Source of the DNA: Lepidodermella squamata | Taxonomy: Eukaryota > Animalia > Gastrotricha | Length of the DNA stretch: 64,000 nt | NCBI GenBank assembly: GCA_047495785.1 | Contig: JBLDXI010000048.1 | Location: 620,001 to 684,000 of the forward strand | Reading direction: 5' to 3' | Part shown: one piece after another, positions 52,501-64,000 of the stretch | How the letters are laid out: the number at the start of each line of letters is the position of its first letter | Position numbering within the stretch: position 1 is the stretch's first letter | Notes under the pieces: model-generated | The model's database searches: none | The model's input: the letters and a program-made list of their open reading frames with translations, nothing else | What the model was told of the DNA's origin: nothing | Program-made: the position numbers and the translations under genes

Positions 52501-54791
52501 GGGGTGACGTCTCTATCAGTTTTTGCGTTAACATCAGTCCAGTATTTTTGGATGAGAAGGCGGGCAACTTCAACGCTGCCATGTTTTGCCGCTAGATGGA
52601 GCAGGGTAGTCCCATCGGAGTCTTCGATTTCTGCGTCAAGGTTTAGATTGGGATCAGACAGAAGCTCTTCTACCTTCCCGGCCTCGTTCTTTCTAACAAA
52701 ATTGAGCATTTCCTATAGGCATAAATAATTATATCAGTGAAAAAGTGTTTAGAAGTATAACATCCTCTTGAAATCACCTGCTCTGCTGGTGATAATGACA
52801 ACCGAACACAGCCATTCTTCGCTGCCATATGGAGCAGGGCAGTCCCATCGGAGTCTTCGATTTCTGCGTCAAGGTTTAGATTGAGATAAGACAGAAGCTT
52901 TTCTGGCTTCCAGGCCTTGTTCTTTCTAACAAAATTGAGCATTTCCTATGTAGGCATAAATAATTATATTATCAGTAATAGTGTTTCAAAATATGACATC
53001 CTCTTGAAATCACCTGCTTTGCTGGTGATAAAGACCACCGATCACAGCCTTTCTTCACTGCCACATGGAGCGGGGTCCGATTGGAGTTTCTTCTGCGAGT
53101 TTCTGCGAGTTTCTGCGGGTTTTGCTCCAGCCCACCATGAATGATATCATCAGTTTTACCAACGCAGCGTTCATCATGGCCGAAAGATTCGGAAACTGCT
53201 TTAAATTGATTTCTAGATGCGGAATCGCAAGACCTGAGCCACAAAACAGTTTTGCGCGATAAATATTCGGCGAAGAGTGGTTCGACTATCCTAGCTATTT
53301 CATAAACTGCTAAAACACTGGCAGCATCTCGCGACTGCAGCCATGCACAGCAAAACCTGTCAACGGCTTCTCTCTTACACTTGGCCAGCGACACTAATTC
53401 GAAGAACTTATCCGGAAAACAGGATGAGAATCGGTGGTTAGAAATAATTTTAAGGCACCGAACAATTTCAAACGCATCAAATGAGCGGCCGAGGCACATT
53501 ATGATCACAGCATCAAAGCCCTCAAAATTGGGACCTCCGCTAATAGAAACTGCTGGGCGATCCAAAAATCTGCAAATGCGGCATTTCTAGGTAAAACACA
53601 TAAAACTAGAAAGGCATCAAATTTTCTTGTTTCACCCTTTTCGCTTGTTTAGGATGTAAGACTGGTACTTGTGCTTCTGGTTGGGCAATTCTGTGGTGAA
53701 AAAGAGATATTGGATCCATCAAATCCAACAACGTGTTATTTTAACGAGTACCTTTTAAGAAATTCGTCGGATGGGCAACGAGCCTTGATGCCAAATTTAT
53801 AAACAGCAGCGCAGAATTTGTCTACTTCCTTATGGTCCAATGAGCGAAGTAGCATGACCATGTTTCGAGTTAGATATATTGCGAATACGGGTTCGAATCC
53901 AGCTGCGATTTCCAAAACCGCTAGCAAAGAATCGTACGTGTTCAATTCCTCCCATTTCTCGCAAAATATGAGAAGAGCAGCGCCACGTGATGTAGTCGAC
54001 GCTACACGATCGAAACATTCGTCTGGGAAACTTGAAAGTATCTTTTCATTGCCGGAATTCTTCATACGGCGTGACATTCCACGAGCATCAAAAGAAAAAT
54101 CGCGGCACTTCCGAATAACCCACGAGATGCTTAATGAAGTGTTGTTGGAGCTAACATTTGATTTATAACTATCAAGATAATCGCATAACAGACATTTTAC
54201 ATCCCGTGATTCACTAAGCAAATCTTTCGTGGGCGATCTTATTGTGACGGTATTCACGTAAGACTTCTGAAAGGAAAATCCATCCATCATGTTAGGAGGC
54301 AAAGTTACGTCACTTGATAAATCAGAAGGCAGTTTAGATGGCTCGATTTTGTTTTTAGAGGATGAATCCATTTTATCCGATGTGGAATCAATTCTTGAAT
54401 CGAAGCATTTGCAAACAGGGCACGTTCCACACTTCTGATAGTGGCCAAAATTTTCGATAATTAGGTGGAATTGTTTCTTCTTCTCATCATCCAGGTTAGT
54501 AATAACGCTTGCCATATCATGTGATAGATGATAAAAAAACCCGAAGTCGAAAGTTTGGACGACTTCAAGAACTGATAACATCGTTTCATTCTTCGGCTGT
54601 TCCATCCATTGCATGCAGAAAACGTATACAGAGGCTCCTGGACTTGTCGTAGCAGTCACCTGCTCACAGAAACCAGTCGAGAAGATGTTACTGGTATCCT
54701 TTGACCTTTTCAACCGTCTGGCAATGCCAAGAGCGTCAAACCGATAATTAAGGCATCCATAAATCAAAGTCTTGAATTCCGGCCAAACCAT
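49563..54791 (-). CDS. 1556-aa protein: three copies of an unrecognised helical domain, ~18 ankyrin repeats, two CARD-like domains
   Basis: Exons 54791-53752, 53690-53636, 53586-53014, 52945-52778, 52712-50617, 50545-50437, 50387-50250, 50203-50091, 50043-49845, 49791-49673 and 49623-49563 total 4671 nt in frame. TPLHxAA ankyrin motifs. CARD-like patterns LKALGVLKEDE..I...K..ELF...WKEFCWAL and LIESID...HLIENGVISCEE..I...W.GFLEAL..IGQ. Confidence 0.8.
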
Positions 54792-54883
54792 CGCTTATGA
54801 TAAAATCCTAAAACGAGTTAAAGAAACCAGAAATTAAAATTAAAATGCACTTTGATTAAATTGTACATGTTCAGAGGTCGGAA

Positions 54884-57800
54884 TCATTTCAAACTTAGCA
54901 ACATATCAAGCGAGTTCTGTGCGAGTTCTCTTTGCGATTTGTCTTCGCGGAATATCAGATTGTTCAGGATCAGTGTTGTGCGCCGTTTTCTTTTGTTAGT
55001 AGATACGGCTAAGCTTTGCATTCCATAGAGGGCCAGAATAGCATCGTCCAATACATCTATATTGGCTCCTAATGATTCAGATTTGGCGCTCTCCATGGCA
55101 TTCAACAGCGCTTCTGATCTATCCACTAATTTACGACTTTTTAGAAGTTCGCTTTCATCAGTGCCCAGCTGAGATATACGAATCGATAGGCATTTGACGA
55201 CATCGGCATTTTTCGGCGTCGATGCTGCCTTTTCAAGAGCCTCTCGCAAATGGTCGATTTTGTCAAATCTCTCGCACAAGTACAAAATATACCCAGTCAA
55301 AAGTCCTTGGGCCCATGGTAGGCCTTGGGGCCCACTATAGGCCCAAGGCAGGAAGTCAATGGGCCCATGGTAGGCCCACGCTAGTTGCTAGGCCCGTTAT
55401 AGGCCCAAAATTTGTTAGGCCCATTATTGGCCCAAAGTTTGTTAGGCCCATTGTAGGCCCAAGTGCCGATGTCTAAATGCCGATTCTTGATCGGGCCCAA
55501 AATAGGCCCAATCGAATGCTTAATTAGGCTGATGAATTGTGTGCATATGCAAATTAGTTAGCTGGAATACAAGCTGAGCTCTCGCGAGGGGGGTCAAACG
55601 TCAAATTCCAGCTGAATTATCAAGATCTGCCAAACGTTGATGTACTGAATACATCACAAGCTCCTCCTGTATAGTCCCTTATCTCTTTCTCACCATGATT
55701 CGTCCCTGTATCCCCTCTCTTCTATGATTGTATCTCTATTTTACCTGGCGGTGAGTTTAGACCTATGTGACCAAGGTAGCAGGTTTTCTATTCCATCCCA
55801 TGCTATGTAATGAAGCATATGCGGTGAACCTTTTAATGCAATTTGATTAATTAAAAAAGATAAAAGAACACACCCGATGTGTTATTTAATTAGGATGCCA
55901 ATAATGGGCCCAAAATAGGCCCAGAACAGGCCCAAAATCCAAGCTTGGGCCCAGGAAAACGGACATACTCGGGCCCAACAAGGGCCCAGCCGGGGCTAAC
56001 ATGGGCCCATCTTAGGCCCAAGGGACAAGGCCTACCATGGGCCTACCATGGGCCCACCGGCTTTTGACTGGGTAAGAAAGTTTGCTTTCCTCTGCCGCTG
56101 CTACGAGGCATTTCGAATAATTCTCGAAAAGCTCCTTCTCACACTCGATGGTTTTTTTCTCCGAGTCACTTGTTTCCTGTAGGCGCATGTTTCCAACGAG
56201 CAGGTCCACCATATACTTCAACGCTTCGACGTCGAACCCTAGTAGATCGTAAGGATCATTGATAGGAATAAGACTTTCAAAGCTCGTATTTGTTCCGACT
56301 AAAGTTTTTAGTGTGCGTAGGTTGAAATTTTGCAACGCGAAGCATACAGCTCGGCTTTTGCACTGCACATCGAGCGCATTTATGTCGAAATTGGTCATAT
56401 GCAGAAGTTTGTCGAAAACGCGCATATCTTTGTTTTTAGCCGCTTCGACGATGAGATCAGCGACTTGCCTTACGATGAATGTTGATGTATCTTCGTCAAG
56501 GAGTTCATTGAGAATTTCGAGACTGAAAAATGACATGCCGAGCCAGATAATTTTATATCTATTTTGTTTACGCCATTCCAAATTTTCCCATGCCTCACTG
56601 ATAACATCAATGTCATCGGAGTAAATTATGTCGACAGGAAGTGGGTCGGCCGGTAGTGAGTCTCGTATATCTCTTCGAAAATCGCTGTTTTTTCCAGTTA
56701 TAAAAGCCTGTTCGAAATCGATTTTTGATAGCTCCGTTGGAAAAGCAATGATGGCGTTAATAATATCCAAGCTCCTTCTGACGGCAACTGCATAGGTCAA
56801 TAGCGTCCAGTCTTCACCCGTGTTATATCTGCGCTGCCTAATCGACTGGATTTCACCAAGAGTGGCAACAACTGCTCTTGTTGGCTGAAGGGAAATTTTT
56901 GCGTTCCGCATATAATCAAATATCGAAATAATTCTTTGTCGCCTCATTGGGATTTTTTTCAGATCGCTGAACATTTTCGTTAAAAGCTTGCCATAATTTA
57001 AAGCGTCGCACTCTTTCAGTTTCTCTAGGATATTCAGATAACATCTGTCATGCAATCCATTATACAGAAGTTCCATTAAAGTTTCCCCATTTGCAACAGG
57101 AGGCTCCGTACACAAGTCCTTCAAGATGTGCGGACAGAGATGTATAAGAGCTTGCTCAAAAAAGTTATCGGCCAGCAGCATCTCCTCTTCCTGGTTAGCG
57201 CTCTCCTTTGTACATGTGCAGTACGCAGATTTCGTAACCAAATAATAAAGGATGCTTCGGATATTTGGCAATCTTTTATCATCGTCAGAAATGAAACGGG
57301 ACAGGACATGCACCCAAATGTTTCCCAGCGTTTTAAACTTCAGCATGGCGATTTTCATACAGGCTGAATGCATGTATGACGCTATGCAGTAACCGGAGCC
57401 GGCTTTTCGCAAAATACACATTTCGTACAGCCGTTCACAAAGAACCTCGATGTCTTGAGAATATTTTAGCCACACAACTCCGAGAATTTCCAGCGGAAGA
57501 CGCTGCTTCGGTGCAAACAATGCCAAAGTTGCGCAAACATCTTGAAGCTTGAAATTTGTTCCAGTGATTTCCAGCGAGAGCTGCTCCTCACTGAATTGAC
57601 GTTCAATAACGCGGTCGACTATAGATTTCTTCTCGGCAGTTAATAGCTTTTCTACAGGGCCCTCGACAATCGCTTTGAAGTTGACATGATCAATCTGGTT
57701 GACTAACGAACGAATTAATAGCGGTAGCGCACAGCTGCGGTGGGCAGCACTGATCAAGTCCACACTGTCGTCGCGATGTTGCCTTAAATAATGATTCTGT

Positions 57801-59404
57801 TTAAGCGACTTCATTACATCGTCCGAAGAGCAGATAGGCCACGAGAAGTATTCGATGAAATTACTCCAAGCGGATGAAGTTGGTAGTCTCAATTTATACC
57901 TCGAGATAATGACGATTGCAAAGTCATCTCGGCGTAGAATGTCAATGTCTACTGATTCACTGAGATTGTAAATAAGAAGCAATTGGCGATTATTACTATT
58001 GGATGAGCATTTGTCTCTATTCGATACCAATGTACTGTTCGTCGGTTGCTCAAGCGAAGATGGCGGACCAGAAATGTTGTACTTTACCCAATATTTCGCC
58101 AAGCGAACAAAGACATCAGGGCTGTTCTCATCTATTAGCGTTCGTATCGCTGTTCTTTTCCCCGAGCCGCATTCACCCCATAAATTGAGAATTTCTGAAG
58201 GTAAAGAGATTTAACAGTTTCAGCAAATTTTGGTTTAGCATAATTGTGCAAATTGGGTTTTGAGCCTGCTAAGAGAAGTTTTACACGTGACTAAGATCCC
58301 GAGCGCGTTCTCCTAAAATCTAACATAATGACAGTAATCTCACAAACTTTTTTCTTTGATAGCTTTTTCCAAACATTTCTCCAGGTTCTCGACTGAATTT
58401 TTTTGATCGATCACCAGGTTGACAGGATGATTGGAGGGGGGCGATTTGAACATCCATGCACAGCCCAAATGAAACTTCGATTTTTCTGCTACGCTGTAAA
58501 ACGCACTTCGGTCGGTTTTAAGTTTGTATACAACGTCGCAAAGCAAGAAGCAACCACCGTTCCACCGTCGATCTGCATCAGTATTTTGCAGAAAATCAAG
58601 CCACTGTATCAGAACGAGTTGCCAAATTTCGGAAGTCTGTTTTAAAAGTGTTTGCAAATCTGGTTCACTGACATTAAGAATGGCGTTCCAAAGCAGCTGT
58701 TCAACTGTATTCACCAGATTCAGCCAAATTTTCCTATTATTGCATTGTCGTGTCATTGCCGATAAAACAGGCACTATTAACAGTGCTCTCAAAACTGAGC
58801 CATCACAGTTTTTGATTACATCGTCAAACTTAGTAATTCGCTCATTTTCATTACAATCGATTGCCTTTTTTGCCCAACCGTCCATTTCATTGAGTAATTC
58901 AACATAATTCAATTGTTCATAAGCTTTTTTCTTCAGCTCAACTCGAAACGATTCCCAAAACGTGAAGGCCATCGAATATTTGCATAACGCACAATTTTGC
59001 CTCAGGCCGCATTTTTTAGCGTGATGCTTAAATAAGTCGAATTTGTTGGATTCCATTTCAGACTTTTCAAGAGCTGCGACCAGTCTATTTGCCAGCTCCT
59101 CTGCTAAATTTCGGAGGCTCTTCGATTTCGAACTGATGTCCAAAACAGCGAACAAGCTTTTGTCATTTAAAGCGGTCCAAAATGCTATATCTTGGAGTTC
59201 ATCTTTTTCAACGGACTTTACACAGAATTTGCCTCGAGGATCTCTTTCAACATTCCTGAACTGAACATGAAAATCATTCGTAAATGCAGCTCGCACATTT
59301 ACATCCGCTCGATCCAATTTTTTCAAAAAGCAATGACTTCGGAAATCCGATCGCATCCAAATGTCAGCGCCAATGACAGAATTAAATATTTCCGATATAG
59401 GCAT
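54884..59404 (-). pseudogene. NLR/Apaf-1-like STAND gene (N-terminal helical domain, NB-ARC-like, degenerate ankyrins), disrupted
   Basis: Walker A GECGSGKR (~58177-58154) is in frame with ORF 58102-56012. Also present: degenerate Walker B LLLIYN, sensor IVIISR, ALPL motif and winged-helix LALFA...LP..IL..VW. A MITE interrupts it at 55292-56072. No in-frame splice was found across 58344-58200. Confidence 0.7.
55292..56072. mobile_element. 781-bp MITE with CCCAG termini and TA duplication (EnSpm/CMC-like)
   Basis: Perfect 12-bp TIR CCCAGTCAAAAG/CTTTTGACTGGG, extending imperfectly to ~33 bp. TA on both sides. Subterminal GGCCCA/TGGGCC arrays. Confidence 0.9.
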
Positions 59405-60066
59405 CTAAACGATACGAATTTGAAATATAAAATCTGCGAATGAGTTGCAACCATCTTATAGAATTCGTTGAAAACACGCTATAAAGCTGGTCTTGACATG
59501 CATTGCTGCGTTTTTTGTGGCCTTATTTGGGTGTATTTCTTTATACGATTTCTAGTCCAACTCCACCGAAAAAGTGTGGTTCTTAAAACGGTAAAAATAG
59601 TCAGTGGTATCTATCAAAATTTAAAAACTTATTGCACTTTTAATCCATGTTATAGACGATTGACGATTATTCGACGACAGAACAGTTATACAACATCAGC
59701 GATTGTCGTTTCTACCTCGTCTTACGATCATACCAATTAACTCGAAACTGGCTTCCCCTAGGGCTCTATATTAATACATATTCTTTGCTATTCTGTAATT
59801 GAAACTGAGATAACTAAAATCCTGGGATACTAATTGTTTCTGAACTCGAAAAATAGTGGGAAAAATCGGGCTATTATTCGAGGGGGCTTTTAATCAAGGC
59901 AGGCTATTATTTATCCTAGAACCTCACATCATCACTTTACTATTCGATAAAATACGGTAATTACCGAAACCTCCCGCGAGATAATTCCGAAAGCGTTCAA
60001 ATTTTGATCTTTCTTACAATTTCGATGACTCCGCAGTTAAGCAGGTGGGATCGAAATGATTAAAAT

Positions 60067-61204
60067 CAGCGGTTCCCAAACTTTTTGTCTGGTAGGACAC
60101 AGTAGTGTCATATGAGAATGACTCGTAGGACACCTTGCTAAAATGAATGAAATTTGGTTTTGAATGGGTACAATTTTTTTTAGCTACAAAGTGATTGCTT
60201 GTTTAAATTGGTTTTTGATGGCAACCGAGCTCGAAATAGATAAAATCCCGGATAAAATTCATAACGAAATGCGAGCGAAGCGAGAAAATTTTTAGAGATC
60301 GACACTGAAAAACGACGTATAACATCTTGAAATTGAGGCTATGCCTCGGGGTTTTCCCAGAAATTCACTCATCAATTATGAAATTTCAATTAATCATGTT
60401 GTAAGGTGCAATCTGTAACGCAGTGCTTTGGATTTGATTTGATTTTATTTTATTTTATTTTATTTAGACCCTATTTTCACTGATTTAGATTTAAAATGAT
60501 TGATTTACGCGGGGGAGCATTTTGATTTGATTGATTTTGATTTAGCCATGGTGATGCAATCGAAAAACTTGATACCGCGAACCCAAGGGATCTCCTCCTT
60601 TTTGATGAAATTTTGCTATTGAAAGGAACCGTTACTTCAAATTCGCGTTATTTCAATCATTTCTTGAAACTTCCAAGCCCCTAGCTTCTTGAAAATCCCG
60701 ATATTCCGCGATTTATTGTGATTTATGGTTGTCGATGATTTGATTTGATTGATTTAGTCCTAGAAAAGTGGGACAATGATTGATTTTGATTGATTGAAGG
60801 AGGTCCGTGATTTAAGCCGTAAATCAAATCAAATCAAATCCAAAGCTCTGCTGTAACGTGCTTAAATAACAAGGGATATTGGTCAGTTTCAAAAATTGAT
60901 TTTATCATTCATGGTCTCAGAGATTCAGCCAAACCACGCGGAAAGTACCGGTTCCCGTCCGATCGGAGGTTTTCATAGAATATTTCATAAATAGGCAACT
61001 CGCGAGCGAAGCGAGCTCTAGCTGACGGATTTTTCCCGATTTTGAGTCTGAAAATGGTCCAAAAATGGCTTGTTTATTAGTGTGGATCTACCTATTTATG
61101 TCCTTCTGTCATTTTGAGGCCCATGGGACACCAGTGTCCTACAGGACACTTGAAAGTTGGCTTAGTACACGAGTGTCCTATAGGACACGGTTTGGGAAAC
61201 GCTG
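60067..61204. mobile_element. Non-autonomous hAT element
   Basis: TIRs CAGCGGTTCCCAAAC and GTTTGGGAAACGCTG. 8-bp TSD ATTAAAAT/ATTAAAAA (7 of 8). Subterminal AGGACAC repeats. Confidence 0.85.
60421..60850. mobile_element. Nested 430-bp hAT MITE
   Basis: TIRs CAGTGCTTTGGATTTGATTTGATTT and AAATCAAATCAAATCCAAAGCTCTG. Perfect 8-bp TSD CTGTAACG at 60413-60420 and 60851-60858. Confidence 0.92.
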
Positions 61205-61448
61205 ATTAAAAACTGTCATGTTTGGGCTGCCTTTTATGCCGGCTATCCAACGGTACCCCACTAAAGGGGTATCAGCCTGGGTACCTTCGACATTTGCTAT
61301 GCTCAAGTCGCCCCATTTTGGCATGTCCAAGTCGCCCCACCAGCTAAAGTCACCCCAGTTGACGGTAATAAACGATCACAAGACTTGCCATCAGAAACAC
61401 TTATTAGAGAGTTGAGAACCGATATATAAATTAATAGACCTAATACGT

Positions 61449-61557
61449 CCCGGATTAATATGTACGTCAATCTCTTAGGTAATTAATATCTTATGTCAAT
61501 CTATTAGGACGTACCATACCTAATTACCTAAGAGATTGACGTACATATTAATCCGGG
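61449..61557. repeat. Perfect 37-bp inverted repeat with 35-nt spacer
   Basis: CCCGGATTAATATGTACGTCAATCTCTTAGGTAATTA and its exact reverse complement. Confidence 0.9.
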
Positions 61558-62149
61558 CCTTATAATATTGCACTGGGTCGATTGCAATAACAAGCGATAT
61601 TGCAACGACATATTTCAGAATGGAAAACAAAATATAAAAGATCCAACCTAACATAAAACATTAAATAAGAGCATAGAGAACAGAGGAACAAGAGAGGAAA
61701 CTCCCGCTAGAAACTTGAAACCATAGAAACCATAGAAAATTAAGCAATCTTGGATCTTGGATGGTACGAAATACAGAAACACTTTTCCTGTACTAATGAC
61801 CGTATGAATCGAGGTTCCGAAGGATTCAACCAATAAGAACACGAGTAAGATCTGGCGCATGAGCACGCCAAGGCCATGGCAGCCGAACATGACTTCAGTG
61901 GCTGGTGCTCTAGTAAGGTCACAGTCCTAAAGGTGGAGCGACCAAACTTCAGCGTCATTGCCCGCTGGGTTCCCGAGGCGGCGGTGGCGCTGGCCAGACG
62001 TGTTTTGCCGAAAGCTACTACCACATACACCCCGAGAAGAATGCGGCCTATGCGCGCAATTTTCTTTGAATTAACTCGAAATTATTTTGGCTTTGATTTG
62101 AATAATGTCGAATTCATAATTATTCCCCGTAGGTCTCTCATGCGGCAAG

Positions 62150-63120
62150 GCACAATTGCAGCGTTGTTCGCCGATGGCACAATGATGGTGGCCCGTGGGA
62201 ATACGCCTGAAGAAGTCAAGGCGAAGCTAGAGGCGGATCTTCGCAGTATCGGCGATTGGTTAAACGCCAACCGTCTTAAAGTGATTCCGGATAAATCCAT
62301 TATATGTTTTTGTCGAATAAACAGGCTTCTGCCCCAGCGATCCAATTCGGTACAGTCGATCTACCGCCACCTGACCACGTGAAGATCCTTGGAGTCTATC
62401 CGGACACAAAGCTCACCATGGAAAAGCACGTCGATCATCTGATCAAAGCCGCTAGAAGTGGTACCTACGCACTACGTTAAGCGGCTCGGCACACCGATCT
62501 GAAGACTCGAACAATGATGTACGACGGAATAATTGGGTCGCAATTCAACTACTGCGATGCCATCATCGATCAAGGCTGCAAGACCCAGCTGGATCGACAT
62601 CAACACGCGCAAAACAAAGCCGTTCATGCCGTTCTCGACGTCAGTCCTGACGTGCCCGCCGATTAAGTTCTCGTGCGATTGCGATGGGTGAATTTGCAAG
62701 GCAAACGACTGGTCCACCTGGCCACAACCGTGTGGAAATGCAGCAGGAATCCTGAGACCCCCGAGGCACTCTCGTCGCTAGTCAAGCCGATGAACCAACA
62801 GCATGACCACAACACTCGAGGCGCTGCCACCTGGAAGTTTGGTCAAGCCACCGTGCAAGCTCGCCACAGGCCAGCGCTCGTTTCCAACCAAGGCCATCCA
62901 GTGGTGGAACCAGCTACCAGCGAAGATCAGGCTATCTGCTTCTTCAAAGGCGTGCCGGCAAGCCACGCTCGACTTCCTACGCGAACGAGCCAAACACGAC
63001 GCCATCATCAAGGCGAAGGGCGAGCGAAAGAAGAAAGAGCTCAATGCCTCTCTTCAGCCGCAGGTCGCGTACAATCCGTACTCCAAAGCCGCCTTCGACT
63101 ACAACTACGCGCCGAGCTAA
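62150..63120 (+). mobile_element. 5'-truncated, decayed non-LTR retrotransposon (CR1/L2-group RT C-terminus)
   Basis: LFADGT, W...NRLKVIPDKS, VKILGV..D.KL, HDHNTR and RSF...AI.WWNQLP are spread over frameshifts and stops. Confidence 0.85.
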
Positions 63121-64000
63121 ATGAGTTTTCCTTAAATTCTATTTTCACAAGCCTATATTCGACCAAATGTAATATATTTTATTTCATTTTATAGTTCCGG
63201 CATTAAATTATCCTATATTTTGTCTCCGTGGAATCACCTCTTGCAAATTATCTCTACTCTTGTAAATCATTCTCCAAACTAGTCTTTTGGTAGCTTTCTT
63301 GCTACGACTGCGTTTGTAGGCTTCGCTGAGTGAGTGGAAAAGCCGCCTGGGCCCTGGAGAAACAGTCAGCAATAGCTGGGGTACCATGGGTAGGGACATC
63401 ATTAAACCAGATCAAACTTTCCTAGAGCGTAAGCTCGCGGTTTTCTCACTAGCACCGCCTTATGGCTAAAGCTTGAGTACGTCCGGGCGAGTAGAAATCG
63501 TAATTCCTGACCCTGATCTTCTCCAACATCCTTCCGTCATCTTGCCGACCAAGAATCGCCGACCCGGGCTTGCTAGCTGGTCCTCGCCCACGAGCGCAGC
63601 GGTCACCTACAAAAACAACACGCCGCAACAAACTGCCCTGCTACTATGTGTTGCTAGGTTGCTACTAATGTGTCGCTGCCATGTATCGCGCTTCGCGTAC
63701 AGCCCCGGGGTGCGTTTTTAGTCCGGTCTGAAAGAAGTTCAGTTGGTTCGACTCTTTTTTGAACGGTCTAATAGCATCATTTGCTGCACGTGCCGTGAAA
63801 AATTTAAGACCAAGAAGGCCGTGTTGCCAACATATCAACCTACGTGCTCCTTTGAATGAAGTTGTGGTAATTTTTGGTTATTTCTGAGATGAATTTATTT
63901 TAATTTTCCCCCTTTCACTTGATATTATTGGGTCATTCCAGGTCAATTCGACAAGCGACCGTACCAAGGTTCTCAGAATAGCCCGGAACTATTTTTATCG

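Noticed and set aside
54792-54884. Fusion of the NB-ARC gene to the ANK-CARD gene as one ORF
   Set aside because: An in-frame TAA lies between the 54808 acceptor and ATG 54791, and no compatible splice was found.
55300-56060. GGCCCA/TGGGCC arrays as plant-type site II promoter elements
   Set aside because: They are subterminal repeats within a TIR/TSD-bounded MITE in an animal genome.
61740-62030. AFGKTRLA as a P-loop or viral Rep fragment
   Set aside because: The Walker A is incomplete, there are no supporting motifs, and the ORF is short.

Overview
This is eukaryotic (metazoan invertebrate) DNA from a compact genome, with many 47-70 nt introns, AT-rich noncoding DNA, weak GT donors and frequent AAG acceptors. 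Left to right: (1) A minus-strand tandem array of three PARP1-family genes. One is full-length PARP1 with an intact H-Y-E triad. One is an intact 684-aa paralog with no catalytic domain. One has a degenerate catalytic domain and an in-frame TAG. A copia-type gag ORF and a decayed 28S rRNA fragment sit in their introns. (2) Directly upstream of PARP1, and absent from the ORF track, is a non-coding multi-exon host gene. Five consecutive introns each carry a paralogous H/ACA snoRNA with guide pockets complementary to LSU rRNA helix 69; two copies also target the UAUGAC-U-GAACGCCU site. (3) A calpain gene on the same strand, with operon-like spacing to the host gene and PARP1. (4) A ~21 kb gene for a giant Pro-poor (GSQGSKGAQ)n collagen with periodic [12 protein letters not shown] knots and microexons. 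(5) A claudin-like tetraspan gene with Sushi-like and beta-rich domains in its first loop. (6) An immune/cell-death-like pair: an intact 1556-aa [unrecognised domain x3]-ankyrin-CARD-CARD gene, and an NB-ARC/ankyrin gene broken by a MITE. (7) Nested hAT MITEs and a LINE remnant. Exon structures were derived by hand and no database search was run.
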